A stretch of DNA of 63,852 nt, filler included, from Octopus bimaculoides (lineage: Eukaryota), in assembly GCF_001194135.2 (NCBI RefSeq). It is 7 parts of 6 records of this genome, joined end to end, with 100 filler letters (N's around TTAATTAATTAA, not from the genome) between each part and the next. Parts side by side here need not be neighbours in the genome. Positions count along the whole stretch, not along the records: positions 1 to 31,349 come from NC_068989.1; 6 more parts are not named here. The stretch is one strand, 5' to 3'. A model generated the notes under the pieces. The model saw nothing but the letters and a program-made list of their open reading frames with translations, was not told where the DNA came from and did no database searches. The position numbers were made by a program, and so were the translations under genes. Positions 1 to 13,030 of the stretch are shown here, one piece after another (position 1 is the first letter of the stretch; the number at the start of each line of letters is the position of its first letter).

Positions 1-764
1 TCTGTCTTTTATACCAATTCCTTTGGACGGCAGCAGTAGGTGTTTGGCTATTTTTAGAATTGATGTTGAATCTATTTTTAGAAATGATGATATTTTAATT
101 TCTTGTTTTGTGTAGGTTGTAGGGATAAGATTTTAAAACCCCAGTAGGTGTTTGGCTGTTCTTAGAAATGATGCCAGATCTATTTATAGAAATGATGATA
201 TCTGAGAGATTTTTTGTGTTTTGGTTACAGGGATAAGATTTTTAAACCCCAAGTAAGATGGATTTAATCATTGTTTGTTAAGAGTGGGTTTGAATTTCTT
301 AATAAAGTCCTTTTCTTTGCATTTTCTTTCAATTTCATATATATACGCACACACACACAATCATTAGTTTGTATCTAATATTTCTGGGATAGATTTTACC
401 CTTCAAACTCTAAACTCTATATCTTACCTGTTTTTATGTTTTTCGACGGTGAACATTTCTCTCTATATGTAAATGATTTCCCCGACAAATAGCACTTCAC
501 TTTCGAAGCTCCGATGTAGTTATAAAGTTATACACACGCATACGGCTATGACTGCATAGCATCTTATGGCAGAAACAGCTGTAAAGATAATGGAGTTTAT
601 AATAATTTCTTGTTCCTTTGTCATATATATATAATTTATTATTTTGTACTCGACTAACGCTTCTTTTTCTGAAGCATATGTATATTGAGTTTTGGCACCA
701 GATTATTTGTATCGCTTTGCCTAAGCGAAGTATTAATATATTTATATATATGTATGTATATGCA

Positions 765-795
<31 letters not shown>

Positions 796-837
796 GTATC
801 GCACACACACACATATACATATGTATTTATATATCAG

Positions 838-898
<61 letters not shown>

Positions 899-3002
899 AA
901 ACTAATGAGAAGTTACGTGATTACCATTTCCCCCCAGTTTATTTATTATGTAATTCCTAACTCCATTGTAAACTGAACAAATATTACCGCCAGTGAAACG
1001 GTAATATAAAATACTGTTCGTAGTTTTCATCGACAAAAACTTATTCTCACATCTTTTGCTGTGTTTTCTTTCAACATAATGTAAACGTTCTGTGATGTAG
1101 AAGAAAATCGTTTGACATAACTCTAAACATTAAGTGTCGAAAATCCTTTTAAAATTTCCAATTGATATTAATAATATGTGACACAACAATAAGTCGCTAC
1201 AACGCGACTGAGGTTTCAGACATCGTATTGTTAAATGGACTTAGCCATCAGCATGGAAGGGAAATGCTCAAAAACTTGTTAGTGAGAGGGGGAAAAGAAA
1301 CGGAGAAAGAAAGAAAGGAATCAAGAGTGAATGAAAATGTATTTGCTTACTATATATAAAGACCTAATAATCTGAATAAATCTTGAATTTATACATACAT
1401 AAATACTAACATTTCAAACGTACATACATACATACAAATATACATACACACATATGTATATTCGCATACATACATACATACACACACACTCATATATATT
1501 CGCATACATACACACACACACACACACACATATCTAGGTGGTGGGTTAGCAGAATCAACCGGAAAGTGTACAAAATGTTTTGCTTTATTCAATTACAGGC
1601 GTTTTCACTGTGAGTTCGAATCACACAGAGGTCGATCAAAAGGTCGGGAAATAAAATATCAGTGAAATACTGGTGTTGATTTCATTGGTTTGTCGCCCCG
1701 CTCAAATTTGCGGCTTTCTGTCAATGTTAGAGGCCTTTCTCTCTCTCTTTATCTCCGCACACACAAATCATTTCTTCAAGTCGTTCGGCAAAAGCTGAAC
1801 GTTCGTACTTCATCTTCGACATTCAATATATATATACATACATACANNNNNNNNNNNNNNNNNNNNNNNNNNNNNNNNNNNNNNNNNNNNNNNNNNNNNN
1901 NNNNNNNNNNNNNNNNNNNNNNNNNNNNNNNNNNNNNNNNNNNNNNNNNNNNNNNNNNNNNNNNNNNNNNNNNNNNNNNNNNNNNNNNNNNNNNNNNNNN
2001 NNNNNNNNNNNNNNNNNNNNNNNNNNNNNNNNNNNNNNNNNNNNNNNNNNNNNNNNNNNNNNNNNNNNNNNNNNNNNNNNNNNNNNNNNNNNNNNNNNNN
2101 NNNNNNNNNNNNNNNNNNNNNNNNNNNNNNNNNNNNNNNNNNNNNNNNNNNNNNNNNNNNNNNNNNNNNNNNNNNNNNNNNNNNNNNNNNNNNNNNNNNN
2201 NNNNNNNNNNNNNNNNNNNNNNNNNNNNNNNNNNNNNNNNNNNNNNNNNNNNNNNNNNNNNNNNNNNNNNNNNNNNNNNNNNNNNNNNNNNNNNNNNNNN
2301 NNNNNNNNNNNNNNNNNNNNNNNNNNNNNNNNNNNNNNNNNNNNNNNNNNNNNNNNNNNNNNNNNNNNNNNNNNNNNNNNNNNNNNNNNNNNNNNNNNNN
2401 NNNNNNNNNNNNNNNNNNNNNNNNNNNNNNNNNNNNNNNNNNNNNNNNNNNNNNNNNNNNNNNNNNNNNNNNNNNNNNNNNNNNNNNNNNNNNNNNNNNN
2501 NNNNNNNNNNNNNNNNNNNNNNNNNNNNNNNNNNNNNNNNNNNNNNNNNNNNNNNNNNNNNNNNNNNNNNNNNNNNNNNNNNNNNNNNNNNNNNNNNNNN
2601 NNNNNNNNNNNNNNNNNNNNNNNNNNNNNNNNNNNNNNNNNNNNNNNNNNNNNNNNNNNNNNNNNNNNNNNNNNNNNNNNNNNNNNNNNNNNNNNNNNNN
2701 NNNNNNNNNNNNNNNNNNNNNNNNNNNNNNNNNNNNNNNNNNNNNGGCAACAACAGCATCTACAACTACAAGAACCGCAAACAAATCCGCCGGCATTACA
2801 TATATACTTACGTCTTCCTATTCTAAATATTCCGAAAATAGTCAAAAGGGAACAATTCCCTGAAAGCTTCTCTTGACAACAAATCGTAGTTGCTTTCTTG
2901 ACATGCGAAATATGTTACGCACGGGCCAATGAGCGAGTCTCTACAATGGTCGCCTTCAAATAAGACTGTTATTTTAAAGCAGAGAAAAAAAATGGCATAT
3001 TA

Positions 3003-3215
3003 TGTGTAGGTGCTGAAAAGTTCCTGGTTTTAAGGGTGTCGCGAAAAGCCTGGTTAGAGATCCAACCTTCCGAATTTTTTTACAGGGCTCAGAAAAACTG
3101 AAGGTCTGCTGCAATAAGTGTGTGAATCTGAGAGGGGAATATGTCGAATAAAATCATAACTGATCCTCGTGTATTTTATTTTACCCAAAGCCAGGAAATT
3201 TTCAGCATCTTCTCG
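3003..3215 (+). mobile_element. Mariner-derived MITE
   Basis: Imperfect TIRs gtgctgaaaagttcctggtttt and aagccaggaaattttcagcatc. The interior keeps the decayed transposase C-terminus (..CNKCVNLRGEYVE*). Confidence 0.75.
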
Positions 3216-3240
3216 TTCATAATGCAGTCCGAGTTATATA

Positions 3241-4066
3241 CAGGGGTGGGCAAAAGTAGGTATACAGTTGCTTTATATGAGTTAAGGTATACAGTTGCTT
3301 TTCATTTCTCCATTTCTTTTTTAGGCGTATGGCGTAGTGGTTAAGAGCGCGGGTTACTAAACCCAAGAATCCGTGTTCGATTCCAAGCAGTGACCTGAAT
3401 AATAATAATAATGATAATAACATCGAAAAATACCTTAGGAATGAGAACCCAGGTTCGAAATTTCCCCAAGACACCTGATGAAGGCTGGAGGGTGTATCAG
3501 CCGAAACATTGTGTTAACAACAAACAAGATGAGGACAAATATCCGTCAAATGTAAATAATGTAGGAATTTTATGATTCTATGCTCTTTATAATTAATTCT
3601 TTCTATGATAAAATAATTATTCCTAATTTCAGATATTTCTTATTATACGATTGGAAACTAAAACCAACGATGAACGAAAGTGGATTATTAAGCAGTACTA
3701 TTAAACAGAGTACTGGTAAACAGAATGCAGAAATGGTTAGACAGGAATGGACTGAAGAATATCAAAAACTAGCTCCCTCAAGATTAACGGTTTACAATAT
3801 ACGCGACAAATTTGAGCAAAACGGGTCCGTCTGCACTGCACAGAAAAGTGGTCGACCGTTCCCTGTTATCATTAAAAAAATGAAATGTTTGTGACTCAAG
3901 CATTCATTCGAAGTCTCCCAAAATAAATAAAAAAAAAGTGGGGCTTCCTATGAACACAGCATCTACTGCTGATTCCTTTGTCGACTTCTGAATCATTTAG
4001 AATTAGAGAAATGAAATGAACATTCCACCTATGTTAAGCAACTATGCCTAATTTTACCCTTCTCTG
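3241..4066 (+). mobile_element. Internally deleted Tc1/mariner-superfamily transposon interrupted by a SINE
   Basis: Left end TA|caggggtgggcaaaagtaggtatacagttgc matches the reverse complement of the right end gcaactatgcctaattttacccttctctg. Remnant N-terminal HTH: NAEMVRQEWTEEYQKLAPSRLTVYNIRDKFEQNGSV..KSGRP. Confidence 0.65.
3324..3564 (+). mobile_element. tRNA-derived SINE with a hammerhead-like 3' region
   Basis: A-box tggcgtagtgg (3330-3340), B-box gttcgattcc (3375-3384), internal (AAT)n, tail ending aatgtaaataatgta. See finding at 3471-3515. Confidence 0.8.
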
Positions 4067-4446
4067 AATACTATTTCTGAATAAATATAACACCAGCCAT
4101 TTGGACTATGTATGGTAAACTGGAGGAGCATAAAACTGAACCAGTGCGTGTGTTTATTACCGGCATAATGCCTCTCCCAAGGTTTAATTGTATAAAACTA
4201 ACGTTAAGGAGTATTATATATTTTATTTTCTTACCACTTTCTGCCATTTGACTGTGGTCATATCGGTGCAGCGTCTTAAAGGAAGTCACTCGAACAAATC
4301 AACCCCAGTACGTATGTTTCCTTTTTAAAACTCTGGTATTTATTCTATCAATTTTTTTTGCCGAATAGCTAGGTTACGGGGATGTAAACAAACCAACATC
4401 AGTTGCCAAGCGATGTAGAGGGACAAACACAGACATAAAGGCACAC

Positions 4447-4504
<58 letters not shown>

Positions 4505-4507
<3 letters not shown>

Positions 4508-5112
4508 GTGCATTAGCCGAGTCTATTGTGCAAATTGCTCCGCCACCGTCCCTCAACAGGGAAGGCAAGGCAGTGTTCATCATACTGGTGGCCATGGTGA
4601 AAGAATGTGTGTGGTGGACCCGAGCGAAAGGATTAGAGACGAAAACTTACCTCTCTGGCCAATCGCTCATCAACTTTTTCAAGTATCACTTGAAAAGGAA
4701 AGTGAGAATAGAGAGACAGTTTTTGTCTCGTGAAAGTTTTATTAAAAGGTGGGTGAATGTAGCAAAGATGGTGCGTGCGAGTGACGATACCTCTTTGAGC
4801 ATGATCCTATAAATCGAGAAAAAAAAAGAGAGAGAGAGAGAGAGAGCACTTTGCTCTCATGTGTCTATTCCCTGCTGAGGTTACCATGGTCTTTTCCGTA
4901 GGCTTTTCTCTCTATGGATAAACCTAATGTTATCCCATTTTACACAATTGACATTTTCTGTGATATACGATACCCCCCCCTTTTTTCCCCTACCGATCCC
5001 TTTTGATCGGATTTTTTAATTTTTATTTTACCTTTTTTTTTTTTTGAAAGAAAAGCTCTACAGTTGTATCTGCCCCCTCTTTGTGCAGCCCTGTGTGGCT
5101 AATAAAAGAAAG
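4505..5112 (+). mobile_element. 5'-truncated 3' end of an L1/Tx1-like LINE (ORF2 C-terminus and 3' UTR)
   Basis: ORF ..AVFIILVAMVKECVWWTRAKG..LINFFKYHLKRKVRIERQFLSRESFIKRWVNVAKMV resembles Tx1-type ORF2 C-termini. Followed by a 3' UTR ending AATAAA (5101-5106). No catalytic motifs remain. Confidence 0.55.
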
Positions 5113-6124
5113 TTATCTATCTTTACACACACACGCACGCACCCACACGCGCACGCACACACACACACGCACACACACACACACACACACAAAGAGGATA
5201 TGAGGAGTTTTCGTCAGGATGACTCAGACTAATATGCATGCATTCAGAGTGTTCAAATAGGTGTGCCACCAAAATTCCAGTTTCAACAACAGTTGGAGTT
5301 GTGGTTATGTGAATGTCTTGTTCAAAATGGCTAAAGGTGGTTTTCCTTTGAGCCATTAGGTGTACGATGCTCCTGTCGGTGGGATATCCTAGAAATAGGT
5401 GCCAGAGACTATTTTTTACTATCCCTTACCATTCGTTATGTAGCTAAATTAGGTTGAATTAAAATGAAACTAAATGTCCTTGTCATGCCTTCCCCTAATT
5501 GCTTGCCCTTTAACTTCCTACTACTTTAACTTCTCTCTATATATACATCGGGCTTCTAAACAATTCCTGTTGAACAAATTCACTCACAAGGCGTTGGAAC
5601 TGCGTTGTTGGATTGAACTCAAGAGCACGTGATTGCAAAGCGAGCATTTTAACCACTCAGCCATGAATGGACTAAAACAAAATAATTTTTTTATGTGTTT
5701 TCTAGCTTTTGTTGTTATTGTTCTTGTTTGTAGTCCTGAAATCAGCTCTTATTGAATAGATTTATGGTTAATTAAAGGCGCTCCAGTCATGACAGAGAGA
5801 GACAGAGAGACAGAGAGACACACACGCGCGCAAATGGCCATGTGCGTATATATGTGTAGAATTGTGTACTTGCAGGAATAGTGCGTGTAAGGTGGCGTAT
5901 CTAAAAAAGCATTGAGTAAAAAACATACTTTAAACTGCATTACGCTGAATGGTAACGAAAACCGATCCCGGTTTGTAAAATATGGGGCTTCTTCTAGTGT
6001 GAAACTTCTTTTGGTTTTAATTTGCCCAAAAATCTATTCGGTGAAACTTTTTTAATAGGAAAACTTTTGTCTATACGAAAACTTTTCAGTTATATGTGAT
6101 TGCCTCGCTTTGTGTGTATGTGTT

Positions 6125-6172
<48 letters not shown>

Positions 6173-8224
6173 TGTGAGTGTAAAACTCACCTTGGGAAAA
6201 TTTATATAAATATTTTTACAGTAAATCTGTTATATGAAAAGACTTATATGAAAATATGGTTTTGTAGTTTTACTTTCACACACACACACGCATGCGTGTG
6301 CATAGACAGGTAGATATAAACATAGACAGGCAGATCGATATATCTATAGGTTTATGTATAGAAAGGTATATAGAAATAATACATTTCTAAATCTCTATGA
6401 GAGATTTATGCAGTAGTGATACGATGAANNNNNNNNNNNNNNNNNNNNNNNNNNNNNNNNNNNNNNNNNNNNNNNNNNNNNNNNNNNNNNNNNNNNNNNN
6501 NNNNNNNNNNNNNNNNNNNNNNNNNNNNNNNNNNNNNNNNNNNNNNNNNNNNNNNNNNNNNNNNNNNNNNNNNNNNNNNNNNNNNNNNNNNNNNNNNNNN
6601 NNNNNNNNNNNNNNNNNNNNNNNNNNNNNNNNNNNNNNNNNNNNNNNNNNNNNNNNNNNNNNNNNNNNNNNNNNNNNNTCCTGTCGGTCTTGACACATTT
6701 CCTGTGTCAAGGCCGACAGGAAGCGGTGCAGCTTCCTAGGTCAAACCAACAGTAGCATTATTCCCTTCAGGGGACTGTCACATTAAGTTGACACCATACA
6801 ACTACTTCAGAAAGATATATATTCATATATATTTAACGCAAATGTTTTCTTCGTACTTTAGGAAATAAAATTTGTTTTATTTTTAAGCAAATATATATGT
6901 ATAAAACTTAAGCGTATTTTCATTTTATTTCACCGTTTCCTCTCATTTCCCACCCCACCCCCATATATATATATGTATGTATATGTGTATCTGTGTGTTT
7001 TTATATATATATATATATATAAGCAGAGTCACCCGACGTTGCCAAATATGTAAATTTTTCCTTACCTGTTAAAGTCTTGCTAGTTTTTCTTTTGACTCTA
7101 CGACCAATAATGACTTCCTACCAAGGGACAAGGTCAGAAATTTGAGGGGAGGGTAGATTTTTATTATTACCACCAGACTAAAGTACTTGAATGGTACTTT
7201 GTTTTATCGACGCCAGAAAGATCAAAAGTAAATTCCACCCCGACAGAATGTGTATACTTCATAAACTTAATAAGCCTTTTCTACTGTAGGCAAAAGCCCT
7301 GAAATCGAGATGAGGAGGCTAGTCAATTACATCGACCTCAGAGCTCGACTGATAGTTATTTTCTGGACCACAAATGGATGAAAAGTAAGTCGACATCGGC
7401 GGAATTTGAACTCAGAACATAAGGATGAATGAAATGCCGTTAAGCCTCTTGTCTGGCGTGCTAACAACTCTACCAGCTCGCCGCCTTGACTGTATACTCT
7501 ATAGTGGCTTCTAATTATTGCCCAAGCACAGTAATTTCGGAATAGGGGATATGTCGACTCTAGTGATCAACTGGTACGTATTTTATCAACCCCAAAAGGA
7601 TGAAAGACAAATTTGATGTCGGCAGGGTTTGACCTCAGAATGCAAAGTTCCGGAAGAAATGCCACTCGGCATTTTGTCTGAGGCACTAACGATTCCACCA
7701 TCTCACTGCCTTTTTCAATTTTGGCACAAACCCAGCAATTCTGAGGGAGAGGGGACAAGTCGATACTTGACTGATATTTTATTTCATTGATTGCGAAAGG
7801 ATGAACGGGAAAGTTGACCTTGGTAGAATTTGAACTCATGACATAAAGATCTGCAAGAAATGCTACAAAACCCTTTTCCCGCCGCTCCAACAATTCTGCT
7901 AAGACATCAGTGTAAATTCCTCCATTCAGTAAATATAGAGAATTAACGAAGTTGGTTAAAGAAAAAATGATACCTGTAAGGCAATGTATAAGATCTTTTA
8001 TTGTTTTGAAATAAGCCAATTCACAAAACTTTGCACTTAGAGCTGCCAAGACATGTTTCCATTGTCTAACTGGATAATCGCTTGGTTCAACGCTTTAGAA
8101 TATTACCACAATGTTGATTTCTCTTGAAAAGAAAAGAAGAACAGAAAGAGCAATTTATCGTCCGTAAATTGATAATGAAGTTAATGAAGTTGGTGAGGGT
8201 AAGTATGGGTGATTGTAAAGTTGT

Positions 8225-8700
8225 AAAGAAGGAGGAGGAAAAGAAGGAGGAGAAGAAGGAGGAGAAGGAGGGGGAGAAGAAGGAGGTGAAGGAGAAAGTG
8301 AAAGAGAAGAATGAAAAATGAAGGAGAAGGAGACGAAGAATGAAGAATAAGAATGACAAATGATGAAGGAAAAGAAAACGAAGACGAATAAGGAAAGAAA
8401 GAAGAATGAAGGACAAGAATAAAGAATGAAGGAAAAGGAGGAGTCGAAGAAAGAAGAAGAAGAAGAAGAAGAAGAAGAAGAAGAAGAAGGAGAAGAAGAA
8501 GAAGAAGAAGAAAGAGAAGAAGAAGAAGAAGAAGAAGAAGAAGAAGGAGAAGAAGAAGGAGAAGAAGGAGGAGAAGAAGAAGAAGAAGAAGAAGAAGAAG
8601 AAGAAGAAGAAGAAGAAGAAGAAAAAAAGAATGTAAAATGCAGAATGTGGAGACGAAAACGAAGAAAGAAAGAAAGAAAAATGAAGAAGAAGAATGAAAG
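8225..8700. repeat. Polypurine (GAA/GGA)n tract
   Basis: Long GAA runs with GGA interruptions; source of the spurious poly-Glu ORF 8426..8704. Confidence 0.95.
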
Positions 8701-9506
8701 ATAGCTAGATAGGCGCAGTCATAGCTGCGTAGTTAAAAGTTTGCTTCACAGCCATATGTGCTTTCGTGTTCAATCCTACTGCGCGGTACCTTCTGCTACA
8801 GCCTCGGGCTGACCGATAGAATAAGCATCAGAAACTCTAAATAAAGACTAGGTTCAGTTTGTTCGACTAAAGTTTTCGGTATAGTGCCCCAACATGGCCG
8901 CAGTCCAATGACTAAAACAAGCAAAAGAATACAAGTATGAGAAAAACTGATATTCTTTTCTACTCTAAGCACAAGGCCCGAAATTTTGGGGGAGAGGGCC
9001 AGTCGATTAGATCGATACAGTAGGCAACTGATTTAGCGACTCCTAAAGGATGAAACGCAAAGTCGACGTCGGCGGAATTTGAACTCAGAACGTAAAGACA
9101 GACAAAATGCCGATAAGCATTTCGCCCGGTGTGCTAACGTTTCTGCCAGCTCGCCACCTTGAAAATAACTGATATTTATTTAGTTATTTGTTACCCACAG
9201 AGGGCTAAACATAGAGGGGACAAACAAAGACAGACTAAGGGTTCAAGTTAATTACATCGACCCCAGTGCGTAACTGGAACTTATTTAATCGACCCCGAAA
9301 GGATGAAAGGCGTAGTCGACCTCGGCGGAATTTGAACTCAGAACGTAAAGATAGGCGAAATACAAAGAGGAAACGAAACAGTAACGAAAAATGATAAAAA
9401 CCGATAACAAAGAAAAGCCAAACAGAACAAAAACAATAAAAAAAGAAAAAAATGTTAGAATTATTTCTCCCTTATTACGAGAGTTTGGCATAACTACCTG
9501 CCTGTG

Positions 9507-9545
<39 letters not shown>

Positions 9546-9889
9546 GTCATTGTGTGTGTGTGTGTGTGTGTAATATATAACATACGCATATATACGGGAA
9601 TACGGAAGATGAACACCGTAATGGAAACGTTACTTTTATTTATCAAGTTTTCTATTGGCAATACGATAACTTCATAGCCACTCTATTCTTTTATCTGTGC
9701 GTTCATATGCATTATAAATTACTTGTATTTCATGGTATAGCCCTCTACTTTTCTTTTCTTTTTTCTTGCATAAATTTACATTTAAATATCTTAAAATGTG
9801 TGATCTCTCTGATTTCCATAGTGGAGCGTAGATGGCTAGAGCTTCAGTCACTTGAACAGCTGAATTGGTTAATATTTCGAAACTACAGT

Positions 9890-10830
9890 ATATAGAATCA
9901 TGCTGGCTTTCTCAAACCAAGATAAATCCAGCTCTGGTACGTATAATTCTGGAGGGGAGGCAAAGCTCACAGAGAGGGAACTGTACAATAGTGAAACCTA
10001 GTGTGTGTAAAAACCACCGAGTTGTGACAGCGAAAGGGATCACCGAACCAAACCACCATCTTGCTAAAACTGTCAACCAAAGCCATTCATCATGAGTCCA
10101 ATAAAGCTGAATAAGAGTGCCACAATTGTTAAACCTCTCCTGATAATTGTAAGATTGTGGTTTCGATTCCTGGACCGGGCGATGCGTTGTGTTCTTGAGC
10201 AATACACATCATTTTACGTTGCTCTAGTCCACTCAGCTGGCAAAAATGAGTAATCCTGCGACGGACTTGCATCCCATCCAGGTGCGGAATATATACGTCA
10301 TGAAACCGGGAAACCGGCCCTTAAGAGTCGGTATGACTCGAAAAGGTTACTTTTAAAAAAAAAACCTCACTTGTCCCCCATCAACATCGATAAGGCCAAG
10401 AATTATCTGAGTATCTTGATGGATCATGTTCATCTTATAGTACAAACATTGTTCCCCGATTGTAGTACAATCTTCTAGGAGAATAATGCGTTGATTCACA
10501 TGGCTAATGTTATTCAAAATTGGTACAAAGTGTACAAAAGAGAAGTAGACCCCTTGGATCGGCTCTCGAATCACCGGATTTCAAAAGAATCGAACATATA
10601 TGGTGTATTTTGGAGCAGCACAAGAGGAGCTGCTTCCCTCCGCCATCGTCACTGAAAGAGCTAAAATGAGTTGTACTTGGAAAATTGGCTCAAAATTCTG
10701 TTTAAGAGACTGTGCAAATTAATTCCACGACGTATTAAATCTGAGACTGATGTCAAAGATGGACTAAATCCGTATTAAATAATGAAACTTCCATTTCACA
10801 TGGTGTTTCCATCATATTGTCCAGCCCCTG
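9890..10830 (+). mobile_element. Decayed Tc1 transposon split by a SINE
   Basis: N-terminal remnant (NSGGEAKLTERE..KNHRVVTAKGITEPNHHL) and DDE-region remnant (NYLSILMDHVHLIVQTLFPD..ESPDFKRIEHIWCILEQ..FPPPSSLKEL..IPRRI). Ends in the Tc1-type terminus gtccagcccctg|TA. Multiple stops and frameshifts; left boundary uncertain. Confidence 0.75.
10120..10345 (+). mobile_element. tRNA-derived SINE (family C) inserted in the Tc1 remnant
   Basis: B-box ggtttcgattcc, then gtgttcttgagcaa.. and cctgcgacggacttgcatcccatccagg. A paralogous copy lies at 51255-51500. Confidence 0.75.
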
Positions 10831-10851
10831 TATATATAAATCTATATCCGC

Positions 10852-10910
<59 letters not shown>

Positions 10911-11352
10911 AACACATACACAGAGACGTATATATCTGCACACAGATACACTCGTACACATATACGTTGGGCGGTTTATTAAAGAGAAACTTGTTTACTG
11001 TATTGATGCAATAAAAATTGTCCTGGGAAGTCTGCGGTCTAAAAGTCGTTACTCTAATGACGTCTTTCTATTTTTTTGCGGTTCTTCAAGTTCCTTTTCT
11101 TTTATTCTAATTTGCTAAGAAATTATTTATTCTAATCTAATCTTTCCTCTCTTTTTCTTCTCTCATTCTCTCTTTACCTTTCTACCTATCTATCTATTTC
11201 TCACTCTGTCTGTCTATTGCTCAATCGAGTATTTTTTCCCCCTATCTTACATAGGTCTTTAGCTTATTCAATTACCTCATATTACCAGCAACGCTAGTCT
11301 TTAAGAATTGATGAAACGCTGTCTTCTCTTTTTTTCTTTGCACAAACAAAAC

Positions 11353-11430
<78 letters not shown>

Positions 11431-11589
11431 TACGTACAATCGTTATCATGCGCAGATATATGTAGATATATGTGTATGTATGTGTGTGCATTACAGAATT
11501 CATATATGCTTATGATATAAAACTTATCTCTCTTCACTCACACACCCATAGAAACACTCATTCATCCGTATGAGTGTGTTTGTGTTGTT

Positions 11590-11699
<110 letters not shown>

Positions 11700-11835
11700 T
11701 GTGTGTGTGTGTTTATTAGCGCATCCTGGCCACAAACTTCGTTTGTAAAGCTAAATGTTCAACTACGCTTTCGATAGTCTAATGCCGAATTTGCTTCACT
11801 TACGTTTCTTTTTGTCTAACGATATTATACAACAT

Positions 11836-11867
<32 letters not shown>

Positions 11868-12449
11868 CCACAACAACAATAGCAAGAATAACAACAGCAA
11901 TAACAAATATGATGAGGATGATGATGATGATGATGACGATGACAAGTATGACGACGACGATGGCGATGATTATTGCGATAATAGCGATATCTTTTATTTA
12001 CCGCAGTGACAGCTGATGAGGGGAACATTACAAGTATAGTTTACATTTTTTGCAGATGGTTTACATAAAAAAAAAGCAGTGAACGGAAAGAGAGAGGGAG
12101 AAATGGGGAGAGATGAAATGAAAAAGAAAACCCCAAAAAGCATAGCATACAAAATAGGTGAATATATGGTTGGTGCTGTACTCTTTATACAAGAGAACCT
12201 CCAGCTTAGGACCAGCCAAGGAAATCTACAGGTTCTTGACCATCTTAAGCATCAAAAGCGCAAGCCTTCACCGGGCTGTTCATTCCAGAGATACACGACG
12301 AGAGGTGGCAGAAAAATGGTCAATCCGTTTTCTGTCACTGTCACCCGGTTATTGAAAATTTCCCTGGGTGAGGAGAGAGAGAGGGGGGGGGGGNNNNNNN
12401 NNNNNNNNNNNNNNNNNNNNNNNNNNNNNNNNNNNNNNNNNNNNNNNNN

Positions 12450-12517
<68 letters not shown>

Positions 12518-12602
12518 TCTTTTAACTCTTCACGGTCTCAACAATCTGGGCCTTAAGTGCACAAGCAGACCCTCTTTCAAGTTTACATTCCAAGTTTTCA
12601 TT

Positions 12603-13030
12603 TGGCTGTGTGGTAAGTAGCTTGCTTACCAACCACATGGTTCCGGGTTCAGTCCCACTGCGTGGCACCTTGGGCAAGTGTCTTCTACTATAGCCTCGGG
12701 CCGACCAAAGCCTTGTGAGTGGATTTGGTAGACGGAAACTGAAAGAAGCCTTTCGTCTATATGTATATGTATATATATGTATGTGTGTTTGTGTGTCTGT
12801 GTTTGTCCCCCCCCCCCCNNNNNNNNNNNNNNNNNNNNNNNNNNNNNNNNNNNNNCCCCCACCATCGCTTGACAACCGATGCTGGTGTGTTTACGTCCCC
12901 GTAACATTAGCGGTTCGGCAAAAAGAGACCGATAGAATAAGTACTAGGCTTACAAAGAATAAGTCCTGGGGTAGATTTGCTCGACTAAAGGCGGTGCAGT
13001 CAAATGACTGAAAACAAGTAAAAAAAAAAG
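12603..13030 (+). mobile_element. Near full-length tRNA-derived SINE (family A, the most abundant here)
   Basis: Head ggctgtgtggtaag..ggttcagtcccactgcg, internal TA/TG microsatellite, tail ..cagtcaaatgactgaaaacaagtaaaa. Partial copies at about 4230, 8712, 16505, 24095, 31470, 32630, 33195, 36735, 37444, 40930, 47700 and 54170. Confidence 0.9.

Noticed and set aside
8426-8704. Poly-Glu ORF
   Set aside because: It is a (GAA)n microsatellite.
12159-12368. 70-codon open stretch (GEYMVGAVLFIQENLQL..) ending at G|GTGAGG
   Set aside because: The acceptor is purine-rich and I recognise no homology. An alternative frame weakly resembles a LINE C-terminus. Left unassigned.
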